Shown here piece after piece: positions 19,842 to 28,512 of a stretch of 64,000 nt of DNA (positions are counted from its first letter, which is position 1; each line of letters begins with the position of its first letter). The translations under genes were made by a program, and so were the position numbers. The notes under the pieces are model-generated. The model had not been told where the DNA came from, did not search any database, and saw nothing but the letters and a program-made list of their open reading frames with translations. Origin of the DNA: Candidatus Dojkabacteria bacterium (GTDB taxonomy: Bacteria; Patescibacteriota; Dojkabacteria; SC72); assembly GCA_012842045.1 (NCBI GenBank), contig DUTP01000003.1, positions 130,532 through 194,531 on the forward strand, read 5' to 3'.

Positions 19842-20186
19842 TTAATCCAATTTCCTCTTTTTTGGATAAACTCTCAATTTCACGCCTTTAGATGAAACAG
19901 TTGATAGAGTAACTTTCGTACAAAGATCTTCTCTGCCAGATGCTTCATAAACATCTTTTTCCACGATATAGTACACGTTTTTAAAACTTCTTTGAGGAAG
20001 ACCAATTATATGGCCATCATTAGTCAAACGTGCAATATGTCCAGAACAGTAAATTGTGAAGCCATCGGCCAAAACAATATCTTTGTCTGTAAGATTAATA
20101 AAGATTTTTTCATCTAATGTGCTCAAACCTACATATTCTAACCCATTAAGAAGAAATCTTACGGGTGCACTTTTGATATTATACAA
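19842..20186 (-). CDS. orphan hypothetical protein (boxA-like cassette A)
   Basis: 114-aa ORF, TTG start with SD AGAGGTG; upstream TGATATAAT and GTCCTTTAAAA. Confidence 0.6.
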   Translation of the reverse strand: MYNIKSAPVRFLLNGLEYVGLSTLDEKIFINLTDKDIVLADGFTIYCSGHIARLTNDGHIIGLPQRSFKNVYYIVEKDVYEASGREDLCTKVTLSTVSSKGVKLRVYPKKRKLD

Positions 20187-20281
20187 ACTTCACCTCTTTT
20201 CTTTTTTTAAAGGACCTCAACCTATAGTATATTATATCATTTTACCTACTAAATTACCATATCTTCTGTTAATATTAATAT

Positions 20282-21901
20282 ATGGATATAGAAAATAGAA
20301 TAAAAGTAGAAAAAGATACTGCTGAAGTAGATGAGTTTAACAGAATAATAGAAGAAGCTTTACCTCTACCAGTACTCATATCTTGTAAAACATACCCCAT
20401 ACAAGAAAATATCGATATAGAAAATATAGAGGGTTTTAATCGGGGTGAAATAGGGGTTCAAGATTATTATGAAAATAACGATATTATAGTCCTTTCCAAT
20501 GCATATGCTCTCGACAGTAGAGAGAGACTCTTCAAAAAAGGAAAACCAATATACATACAGAAAAAAGATTACACTTTTGGAATATTACAACCTGATTTGT
20601 CATACATTAAAAATAACGAAGAAGAAACTAGAATATTACAATATGAGAAAGGAGAACAAGAAGAAAACAGAGTAAAGGTATATAGAGATAAAAATGGTAA
20701 ACCTATACTCTCTAAAACTGGTATGCCTATACCTATATACAAATCCAAATATCTTTACCCTGCACTTGAAGTAACCAGTGTTGATAGAGATACAAATAAA
20801 CTAAAAGAAATTTTTCAGATATATTTTACCAATCCTGAAAAAATCTCTATAGATGGACATTCTGTTACAAAACATGCTTTTGATGCAATTATCGCTCTAA
20901 GATTAACTACTGCAGAAGAAGGGATAGATAATACATATTATACAATAGAAAAACGCGAAAGATGGCAAAATGAGAAGCAGAGACCTTTGGGGTATCGTTA
21001 TGTACTCTCAACAACAGAACCTATAACGATGTTAGGAGAGAAACTACCAGAACAACTAATACATAGCCAAATAGCAACAGAATTGGCTAATGGAATAAAA
21101 GAAAGATTAGATATGGGGAATGCTAAAGAAGCAAGAAGACTAGCAAATAATACTAGAGAATGGATTAAAGAATTTTCTAAAGATGAACCTATTCTAGGGC
21201 TAGCTATATACAATCAAATGAAATACTTACTTAAGTACGAATACAACACTCAATTTGCTAGTGAAAGAAAGTATAAGGTAACTGATATTAATACTCTTTT
21301 CTCCCGGAATGAAATCTTAGAAACTTTTAACTATACTCCAAATAATATTAGTAAAGAATTAGACAATATATTTGAGTATGAAAAAGAGGAAAATGACACA
21401 GATTTAGGTGAACTACTTGCATTTGAAAGTAAGGTTGATAGGATGTTGGAGTTCTTGGAGAAGGAAGGTGTTGATATGAATACCTTAGATTATTTAAAAC
21501 TTTCTGCTGGTTTAGATAGAACTGTTAGACCGAGGGTTGTGTTACAAGCAAGAGCTAAAAGAGATATTAGAAGAGGAAGAGATATATTCTATCCTACAAC
21601 TTCTATTATCACATCATTTTTACAAGAATATGGTTTAAACATATTTATAAAAGATTTTAGTAAGTATTCTGTTAGTAAGCAGAGAAATATAGATTTCTTA
21701 CTTGACGATGCTAGAAAAAGTAGAGATTTGTTAGATCATATGTATTTAAATATAGGAGCAAGATGGAATGAGGTTAAAAACATCCATCTTTTAGAGGGGA
21801 AATGGATAGATAGAATAAGAGAGAAGGTTGAAAGTTTGTTAGATATGAGTAATGAAGAAATAGAGAGATTTGCTAAACATGCTAAAGGTTTGAATATGTA
21901 G
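20282..21901 (+). CDS. hypothetical protein
   Basis: 539-aa charged soluble ORF; no recognised motifs. Confidence 0.6.
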   Translation: MDIENRIKVEKDTAEVDEFNRIIEEALPLPVLISCKTYPIQENIDIENIEGFNRGEIGVQDYYENNDIIVLSNAYALDSRERLFKKGKPIYIQKKDYTFGILQPDLSYIKNNEEETRILQYEKGEQEENRVKVYRDKNGKPILSKTGMPIPIYKSKYLYPALEVTSVDRDTNKLKEIFQIYFTNPEKISIDGHSVTKHAFDAIIALRLTTAEEGIDNTYYTIEKRERWQNEKQRPLGYRYVLSTTEPITMLGEKLPEQLIHSQIATELANGIKERLDMGNAKEARRLANNTREWIKEFSKDEPILGLAIYNQMKYLLKYEYNTQFASERKYKVTDINTLFSRNEILETFNYTPNNISKELDNIFEYEKEENDTDLGELLAFESKVDRMLEFLEKEGVDMNTLDYLKLSAGLDRTVRPRVVLQARAKRDIRRGRDIFYPTTSIITSFLQEYGLNIFIKDFSKYSVSKQRNIDFLLDDARKSRDLLDHMYLNIGARWNEVKNIHLLEGKWIDRIREKVESLLDMSNEEIERFAKHAKGLNM

Positions 21902-21920
21902 TATAATTAAGTATAGATAT

Positions 21921-21998
21921 GGTGGGTATAGCTCAATTGGTTAGAGCGCTGGTTTGTGGCACCAGAGGTTGTGGGTTCAACTCCCATTACTCACCCCA
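21921..21998 (+). tRNA. tRNA-His(GTG) with G-1 and encoded CCA
   Basis: G-GTGGGTA acceptor/TACTCAC-C-CCA, anticodon arm CTGGT-TTGTGGC-ACCAG, T arm GTTCAAC. Confidence 0.95.
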
Positions 21999-22085
21999 TG
22001 CCCCATAGTATATTCCTTTACTTTTTGATATAATAATGGTGTTGTTTAACAACTGAAAAATTTACTCAATCGAAAGGAAAAGAAA

Positions 22086-22487
22086 ATGAATCGACAAATT
22101 GTTCCGATTGAAACGGATAAGTATACACCAATTCCTTGGAATCTTTTGCATCCCCGATACTCAGACAAACACTTTGACAACGGTGAGCAAACCGTTTACC
22201 TGGATCCTAACCATGAATTATGTTTCCTATCTGGAAGCAATGTAGTTAATGGTGCCATTTACAAGTATTCTGATCGACTGGACCAATTGGATTGCAAAAA
22301 ATCTCGAAGGTCTTTTCAAGATGCAAGTGAAAACTTCATCGAAGGAACCCCTGCGTTATATGAAGATTATTTAAGGAGATATCATGAGGATCCTGCTCTT
22401 AAATTAGTTCACATAATCGCTGGCATAAACCGTAGCAACGCTTACCCATATCGTATATATGGCTTTATATTACCTAAAAACGAGTAA
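22086..22487 (+). CDS. orphan hypothetical protein (boxA-like cassette B)
   Basis: 133-aa ORF with SD AAAGGA; upstream TGATATAAT (22026-22034) and TGTTGTTTAACAA (22040-22052); visibly more CG-containing codons than neighbours. Confidence 0.65.
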   Translation: MNRQIVPIETDKYTPIPWNLLHPRYSDKHFDNGEQTVYLDPNHELCFLSGSNVVNGAIYKYSDRLDQLDCKKSRRSFQDASENFIEGTPALYEDYLRRYHEDPALKLVHIIAGINRSNAYPYRIYGFILPKNE

Positions 22488-22627
22488 AATCAGTTTGTTA
22501 AAGACAGAGCCTGGAGTAGGGATCTCGTGTAGTGTGTACTACCATTTTTCCCATAAACCTTCAGGCTTTTTTCTTATATATAACTCTTGCTAAAGTATAA
22601 CATATTCATAACTCCTGAAAGTACTTT

Positions 22628-23014
22628 TTATTCCTCATAGATATGAAACCTTATTTTTACATTTTCTTCTTCAGCAAATCTATTTAGTATTTTATAATAT
22701 GCTTCCCATCCAGGTGTATCTTCTTTTTTCATAAAACAATCTAATTCTGTTATATCCCAAAAAATATTCTGTTGTTTTAATAAAAGAAGAAAGGTTTCTA
22801 TCTCTTCCTCTAAAAGTAGATGATCATAATATGGCATGAGAGAGTAGGGGTGAATGAAACCATATTCACCTGAGAGAATAAGAAATTTAGTATTATCCAA
22901 AGAAGCTTTTTCATATACATTTTTAATACGAGGTGATAAATAACGATCTATTGCTGGTAGTAATTCTTTATCTTTTCTTTTTTCTTTACTACATATTGTA
23001 CAATAGTATTTCAT
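22628..23014 (-). CDS. DUF6884/YaaA-like protein
   Basis: CSKEK...PAIDRY...ILSGEYG....PYYD pattern. Confidence 0.55.
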   Translation of the reverse strand: MKYYCTICSKEKRKDKELLPAIDRYLSPRIKNVYEKASLDNTKFLILSGEYGFIHPYSLMPYYDHLLLEEEIETFLLLLKQQNIFWDITELDCFMKKEDTPGWEAYYKILNRFAEEENVKIRFHIYEE

Positions 23015-23164
23015 ATTGATTTCTATTATATAAATGATTTTTTATCATAACAAGTTTCTTTGCTATTAACATATTGTTTTAAATTAACAATATTTCTCAA
23101 ACTTGACACAATCCTCATATCTGCTACAATTTTTACAAGACATAATTTTATATCATTAAGCGAT

Positions 23165-24601
23165 ATGAAAGAAGCCCAGTCTACAGATTTCTTTACAAAA
23201 CACAAGAAATCTATAATTATTTCAACCATAATAATCCTCGTAGTTGCACTCTTAGGTGCTCTCTACCTAACAGGATCTTTAGAAACAATTCTAAAGGACT
23301 TAGGTATTGGTAGGGATGAGTATTACGCTGAGACTGTAGAAAACGACAACCCTAGTTGTTCGTTTAAGAGGATAGAGTATCCTGAGAATGCCTTTAGTAT
23401 TGGTGTTCCAAATGGATGGTACTATGCAGTTGAAAGCGGTACTGTCTCAATAATGGAAGATGAGACAAATACTACTGCAGTACTCATATATACTGCTAAA
23501 TCACAGCCAGAATTAACAAAAGAGGATTTCCTAAACACATTCTCTAAAATCTTAAAAGAAACTACTGAAGAAGGAGGTGGGACATTTGAGATGCAGGAGA
23601 TTCAAAAGATAGAAGAGTTAGAGGATGAGATTTATGCAGATGTCATAGCTCAAATCAACGAGTATGATATTAAAGGAAAAATGCATGTTTCTAAAACAAA
23701 AGATTTTGTTACATTTAAAGTATATTGGGCACCTGCAGAGATATTTGAAGAGAGAGAAGGTTTCTTAAAGGAGATTTCAGGGTGTTTTGCAAGAACAAAA
23801 GTACTTACAGATGATATTTTAACAGCAAAACCCAAAGAAGAAGTAAAGGAAGAAACTCCTGAAGGTTTTAAGAAATACAAAGGAAAATACTTCCAGTTAG
23901 ATAAGGCTACCGGTTATACCATCTCTGAAGAGAAAGAAGGTTTTATTCAATTAGTAGGGCCTGATCAAAGAACATTACTTAGCTACATGTACACAACAGA
24001 ATTAAAAGGTGACTATACACCTAAATTTTGGGTAGAAGAGACGTTCGCAGAGGTTAAGGAAATAACAGACCTTGCATTAACAGATGAAACAGTATTACCA
24101 TCTCAAGTATTAGGGTATAGTGTACAGGAGTTTAACCTTAGTGCTAAGATGGAAGGAACACCTATTCTAGGTAAAATAACTGTTGGGATATATCAGCCTC
24201 CATACTCTGCTGGTGGGACTAAATATGCATCAGCTTATGGATTTGGACAGATGACAGTAGCTGAGAATTGGGATAATGTAAAAGATACTTTACAGAAGAT
24301 GCAAGACAGTTTTGACTTTGTTGATAGTAGTATGATAAGGAAGAATACATTACTACCAATAGTTGAACCTACTGAGAATACAAGGGCTTCTATTACTGTT
24401 CAAAGTAGTGCTTATCATAAAGGTTTAATAACTAAATCTAATGAGAAATGGGTAGAGGGTATGAGAGGATATGAGACATTATCTTCACCAAGTACAGGTC
24501 AAACATATCAAGTTCCTATTAACTCATGGAGTCTATATGGACCAGAGGGATCAGGATATTACAGACTATTAGAAGATGGTAAGTTTGAGAAGTTGCAGTA
24601 G
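23165..24601 (+). CDS. membrane-anchored extracellular protein (possible tandem PsbP-like domains)
   Basis: Start refined to ATG 23165; N-terminal TM; FSIGVPNGW-type motif. Confidence 0.55.
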   Translation: MKEAQSTDFFTKHKKSIIISTIIILVVALLGALYLTGSLETILKDLGIGRDEYYAETVENDNPSCSFKRIEYPENAFSIGVPNGWYYAVESGTVSIMEDETNTTAVLIYTAKSQPELTKEDFLNTFSKILKETTEEGGGTFEMQEIQKIEELEDEIYADVIAQINEYDIKGKMHVSKTKDFVTFKVYWAPAEIFEEREGFLKEISGCFARTKVLTDDILTAKPKEEVKEETPEGFKKYKGKYFQLDKATGYTISEEKEGFIQLVGPDQRTLLSYMYTTELKGDYTPKFWVEETFAEVKEITDLALTDETVLPSQVLGYSVQEFNLSAKMEGTPILGKITVGIYQPPYSAGGTKYASAYGFGQMTVAENWDNVKDTLQKMQDSFDFVDSSMIRKNTLLPIVEPTENTRASITVQSSAYHKGLITKSNEKWVEGMRGYETLSSPSTGQTYQVPINSWSLYGPEGSGYYRLLEDGKFEKLQ

Positions 24602-24615
24602 GAGAGTTTGAAGAA

Positions 24616-24759
24616 TTAATTCTCCTTCTTAACTCTAAAATCTATTTTATAAGAATATACCTCAACATTAGGTACCATCTTTGCAGAATAATCTAGTTGC
24701 TTATTATATCCTCCTGAGATAATAATACCTTTAACATCGTTATCCCCTAGTACTAGCAT
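24616..24759 (-). pseudogene. fragment resembling the C-terminus of a NucS/DUF91-type endonuclease
   Basis: Manual translation MLVLGDNDVKGIIISGGYNKQLDYSAKMVPNVEVYSYKIDFRVKKEN; in-frame stop shortly upstream. Confidence 0.4.
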
Positions 24760-24793
24760 ACTACATCATAAATCTTAACAACAAAGAAAGTGT

Positions 24794-25282
24794 CTATTCT
24801 TGACTATCGATAGCTTCCAAAGTAAAAAACACACCCATATCCTCTAAATCTTCTTTAAATAGGGGAATAAAAGGAACTTTTGTATCACTTGATTTACTAA
24901 GATTATCATGCTGTCTACTTTTACTCTCACTATTATGCTTTCTAGGTAAACTAGTTATCTCAACAAGAACACCATCTTTTAACTCTTCACTATAAACAAA
25001 GAAATCAGCACGACTATTACATCCTTCTTTGAACTTTGGTTCTCGAAAGAGACATAAACCTAAAGAAAGCAACTTTAGAGCATAGTTAGCCTCGTAATCA
25101 TCCATCAAATTCCCATTATATTTCCCCTTCTCTTCTCCATTAAATGTACCATTCTTCCAATTACTTTTCCTATACCTTTCTATATACTCCTCATCAACAG
25201 CGTCTCCCAAATGAAGAAATTCTAGATAATATTCAATGTTTTTTTCTTCTTCTTTTTCAATACCGACCACAAGCTCAACCAT
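24794..25282 (-). CDS. hypothetical protein, possible PD-(D/E)xK nuclease fold
   Basis: E...RADFFV....VLVEIT pattern; start probably ATG 25282. Confidence 0.45.
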   Translation of the reverse strand: MVELVVGIEKEEEKNIEYYLEFLHLGDAVDEEYIERYRKSNWKNGTFNGEEKGKYNGNLMDDYEANYALKLLSLGLCLFREPKFKEGCNSRADFFVYSEELKDGVLVEITSLPRKHNSESKSRQHDNLSKSSDTKVPFIPLFKEDLEDMGVFFTLEAIDSQE

Positions 25283-25345
25283 ACCTAATTTAGAAGAATA
25301 TATCAAGCAAAACAGACACATCTAATCACTATGATATAATTAATA

Positions 25346-26563
25346 ATGAAGTCTAAAAAGAAAGACTTTTTCATATCAATACTCCTACTTGGCTTTTTCT
25401 TTGGTATTTTTGTCTTAATTCTACACTTTAAGCTCATACAAAACCCAATAGTAGAAGAAATAGAGATACCAAAAAGTATGGTAGACCTCTACGAAGAAGC
25501 AAGAATTACCAGAGAAAAAGAACTAAATGCCATTCCCCTTGAACAAAGCATCTATGACCAAATGAGTATTGAAGAAAGAGTTGGTCAACTCTTCATGTTT
25601 GGTATTGATGGTAATACTAGTTTAGAACCAAACAACAAAAAATTCTTAAAAGAAGTAAAACCTGGTTCTGTTCTCTTGTTTGCAAAAAATATTACAGATG
25701 AAAAACAACTAAAGAAACTTACTAATGAAATACAATCTACAGACCCAAAGATTCCTCTTTTTGTAGCAATAGATCAGGAAGGAGGGGTTGTATCTCGAAT
25801 TGAATGGGATAGGGTGCTTACAGAGCCTCAAAATGCCATTGGAGATAACCAAGAGGCATATGAAATTGCTAAGAGTAGGGGAGAGAAACTAAAAGAATTA
25901 GGTGTTAATACGAACTTAGCTCCAGTTGTAGAATATACACAAGATAGAAGGTCATTTATATACAACAGAACATACAGAGGTGCTTTAGATGAAGTAATAC
26001 AGAAATCTGTCTTTACAGTCAGTGGGTACAAGAATGCTTCTATCTTATCAGTAATTAAACACTATCCTGGACATGGGGATACTCCTAAAGATCCTCACTT
26101 TGTACTTCCTGAAATTAAAGTTTCAAAGAATCAATGGGATAGATATATTCAACCTTTTAGTAAAACAATTAAACAAGTTGATGTTGATGCTGTTATGATA
26201 GGGCATATTCTTTTTCCTGATATAGACAAGATGCCAGCTTCTCTTTCTAAGGAGATTATTCAAAAGAGATTGATTGAGGATTTAGATTACAATGGATTAG
26301 TAGTTTCTGATGATATGGAGATGATGGCATTAAAAAGTATGGGTAGTAAGGAAGAGATTGCAGTTAAGGCATTAGACGCTGGGGTTGATATTTTAATATA
26401 TAGTGTCTATAGTGAAAAGGAGCAAGGTTCTCAAAAAAGTATTTACAACTATGTTCTTAAGAAAGTTCAAGATGGAGATATTGAGATAGAGGAGAAGGTA
26501 TTGAAAATTTTGAAAATGAAAATTAAGTATGGGCTCTTAAATGAAGGTTTGTTAACGTTATAG
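25346..26563 (+). CDS. nagZ: membrane-anchored beta-N-acetylhexosaminidase (GH3, NagZ-like)
   Basis: VGQLFM, AIDQEGGVVSR, NLAPV, KHYPGHG.T..D.H, SDDMEM. Confidence 0.85.
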   Translation: MKSKKKDFFISILLLGFFFGIFVLILHFKLIQNPIVEEIEIPKSMVDLYEEARITREKELNAIPLEQSIYDQMSIEERVGQLFMFGIDGNTSLEPNNKKFLKEVKPGSVLLFAKNITDEKQLKKLTNEIQSTDPKIPLFVAIDQEGGVVSRIEWDRVLTEPQNAIGDNQEAYEIAKSRGEKLKELGVNTNLAPVVEYTQDRRSFIYNRTYRGALDEVIQKSVFTVSGYKNASILSVIKHYPGHGDTPKDPHFVLPEIKVSKNQWDRYIQPFSKTIKQVDVDAVMIGHILFPDIDKMPASLSKEIIQKRLIEDLDYNGLVVSDDMEMMALKSMGSKEEIAVKALDAGVDILIYSVYSEKEQGSQKSIYNYVLKKVQDGDIEIEEKVLKILKMKIKYGLLNEGLLTL

Positions 26564-26648
26564 TGTTTTTACTTAACAAAAGAAAAAGCCTTTTTAAAGT
26601 CAAACTGAAAATTCAAAGAAAAAGCTCCAAACCCTTAGTATTCTACCC

Positions 26649-26677
26649 TTGACATCTATTTGACCCCTCGTTAGTAT
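26649..26677 (+). promoter_or_regulatory. sigma70-like promoter driving orphan structured RNA
   Basis: TTGACA-17 bp-TAGTAT. Confidence 0.65.
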
Positions 26678-26683
26678 TAATCA

Positions 26684-26915
26684 TTAGCACATTTAAAGCC
26701 TATCAGTGTTGGTACCAGTCTAGGTATAGAACCAATTTTCTATATCGATGATTACTGAGGTTTTAAAGGATATGTTAATGATTCGAACATTAACAACTTA
26801 GTAGCGGTAATTGGGTCAAAAGCCCTTTTGCTTGTTGCTAAGTCCAATCTATATGGTGTAAGCCATATTCTGCTAGTATTGGATGGGGTTAATTGGAGCT
26901 ACCATCCTTTTTTTT
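26684..26915 (+). ncRNA. unclassified structured non-coding RNA (~230 nt)
   Basis: Four consecutive stem-loops with G-U pairs on + strand, a GUAA (GNRA) tetraloop, upstream promoter and terminal hairpin + T8; no substantial ORF. Confidence 0.65.
26881..26915 (+). terminator. intrinsic terminator
   Basis: GGATGG-GGTT...AGCT-A-CCATCC followed by T8. Confidence 0.7.
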
Positions 26916-26961
26916 CGTATATACATATTTCACAGTTCTAGGATTTCATCAATAATTATTT

Positions 26962-27723
26962 TTATACCAAATCCCAAATCTCCTCAAGAGCATTTACAAC
27001 CATCACTTTATCAAGATCTGACAGAGAAGATGCCTCTCTATTTCTCTCACCTATCCTATCTATCCATATTAAATGCTCAACACCTTGCTCTATTGACGGT
27101 TGAATATCAGCACTCAAACTATCTCCAATAATTAAAATCTCCTCTAATGCAATCCCTTTCTTCAAAGCATCACTTATCGGTTTCTCCCAATCCTTAGGAT
27201 GTTCAATATCTGTTGTATAGTAGGGGATATCTGGGATATCACACTTCTCTTCCATATATTCAATCTTTACCTTAGTCCAACCCTCACCAGCTAAAGTATT
27301 TGCAGCAAAAAACTTCATATTAGGATAATGGTAAAAGAAATGAAAAAGATCTACTGCTTCAGGAAAAATCTCAGGAGTATTATCATAAAAACCTTCTAGG
27401 TGTTTATCTAGTATCTCATCCATCAATGGGTGATAATTATCTTTGTAGAAATCCCTTAAACCAATTTCATATTCAACTTTTACTGGTAAAGGCTTACGAT
27501 TTCTCTCATAGAACTTCCTACTAACATCTTGAGAGATTTTCTTTGCTGTAATAGCAGGTTCCTCATTTTCAACAGGAAAATTATTTACTATTTCTAAAAA
27601 GGATGCTTCTTTTTTATCAATATAGTAGGGATCTGTATCAAATACAGTATTATCTAAATCAAAAATTAAGGCTTTAATACCTCTTTCTTTTAATATCCTT
27701 TCTAGATTAGTACTATTTTTCAT
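26962..27723 (-). CDS. HAD-superfamily hydrolase
   Basis: LIFDLDNT, IIGDSLSADI. Confidence 0.85.
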   Translation of the reverse strand: MKNSTNLERILKERGIKALIFDLDNTVFDTDPYYIDKKEASFLEIVNNFPVENEEPAITAKKISQDVSRKFYERNRKPLPVKVEYEIGLRDFYKDNYHPLMDEILDKHLEGFYDNTPEIFPEAVDLFHFFYHYPNMKFFAANTLAGEGWTKVKIEYMEEKCDIPDIPYYTTDIEHPKDWEKPISDALKKGIALEEILIIGDSLSADIQPSIEQGVEHLIWIDRIGERNREASSLSDLDKVMVVNALEEIWDLV

Positions 27724-27906
27724 ATATTAATATATCTATATTACTTTTTATGCATTACATTTTACCATGAAAGAGATATATACCAGAAAAAACACTTCAT
27801 TAATATACTCTACATCTTATTTCCATTGAGTTAAAACACAGAAATGGGTATAATTTCACCGTTCTTGGATTGTGCTGTTTAAAAATAAAAAAGGAGAAGA
27901 AAAATA

Positions 27907-28005
27907 TTGAAAGAAAAAGCCAAAGAAGAAAAAACTCCTAAAAAGAAAAAGAAAGATGAAAGACCAAAACCCACTTCCCGAACCAATGGAAAGATAGGAC
28001 ACTAA
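27907..28005 (+). CDS. 32-aa Lys-rich small protein (cassette C)
   Basis: TTG start, SD AAGGAG 27891-27896; MKEKAKEEKTPKKKKKDERPKPTSRTNGKIGH. Confidence 0.5.
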   Translation: MKEKAKEEKTPKKKKKDERPKPTSRTNGKIGH

Positions 28006-28047
28006 AATCCTCTTTTTAGACCTTGGGTAGACACAATCAAAAGAACA

Positions 28048-28103
28048 AAAGAAAGTGGGTCTTCTAAAAGACTATGTTCACAGAAGACCCGCTACCTTTC
28101 TTT
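28048..28103 (+). terminator. terminator-like hairpin of cassette C
   Basis: AGTGGGTCTTCT/AGAAGACCCGCT 12-bp stem then pyrimidine tract. Confidence 0.6.
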
Positions 28104-28263
28104 CAACTACTATTCATCACCTCACCAATAGACACCTCATTATATTTTCATTGAGTTAAAACATAATAACAGGTATAATATTGCTGTTCTTGGAAGGTGC
28201 TTTTTAACAATTTTATATCATCGTCAAAACTTGTAAAGTAATTAAGGAAAGGAGGAACTTTAT

Positions 28264-28410
28264 ATGATCTCCGAATTAATTAGGTCTTGGAAAAAAGAAC
28301 GTAGAAGACAACCTTCTACAAAGATCCAAAACCCCAAAAAAGCTAGACGTAAACAAAATAAAAACCACAACAAGCACCGTCGTTCATATAAAAATAAAAA
28401 TATTATATAG
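28264..28410 (+). CDS. 48-aa Arg/Lys-rich small protein (cassette D)
   Basis: SD AGGAGG 28250-28255; MISELIRSWKKERRRQPSTKIQNPKKARRKQNKNHNKHRRSYKNKNII. Confidence 0.6.
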   Translation: MISELIRSWKKERRRQPSTKIQNPKKARRKQNKNHNKHRRSYKNKNII

Positions 28411-28452
28411 ATTGTTAAGGCCTTATCTTATTTTGCACTAGTTTCCACGAAC

Positions 28453-28505
28453 AAAGAAAAGCGAGTCTCATATGACTCAGTTCTGAGACTCGCTCCCTTT
28501 TCTTT
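28453..28505. terminator. terminator-like hairpin of cassette D (may also serve convergent cupin gene)
   Basis: AGCGAGTCTCA/TGAGACTCGCT perfect 11-bp stem, A-rich left and T-rich right flanks. Confidence 0.65.
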
Positions 28506-28512
28506 CTAACTA

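Noticed and set aside
26772-26801. Micro-ORF MLMIRTLTT after AAAGGA inside the structured RNA
   Set aside because: Only 7-9 codons and buried in stable helices; cannot be supported, though not excluded.
26858-26873. Minus-strand GCAGAATATGGCTTAC resembles the 3' conserved region of RNase P RNA
   Set aside because: No GAGGAAAGUC partner region found, and promoter, terminator, G-U pairs and GNRA loop all indicate the plus strand.
26883-27131. 82-aa ORF from the track
   Set aside because: Starts within a terminator hairpin and overlaps the HAD gene antisense.
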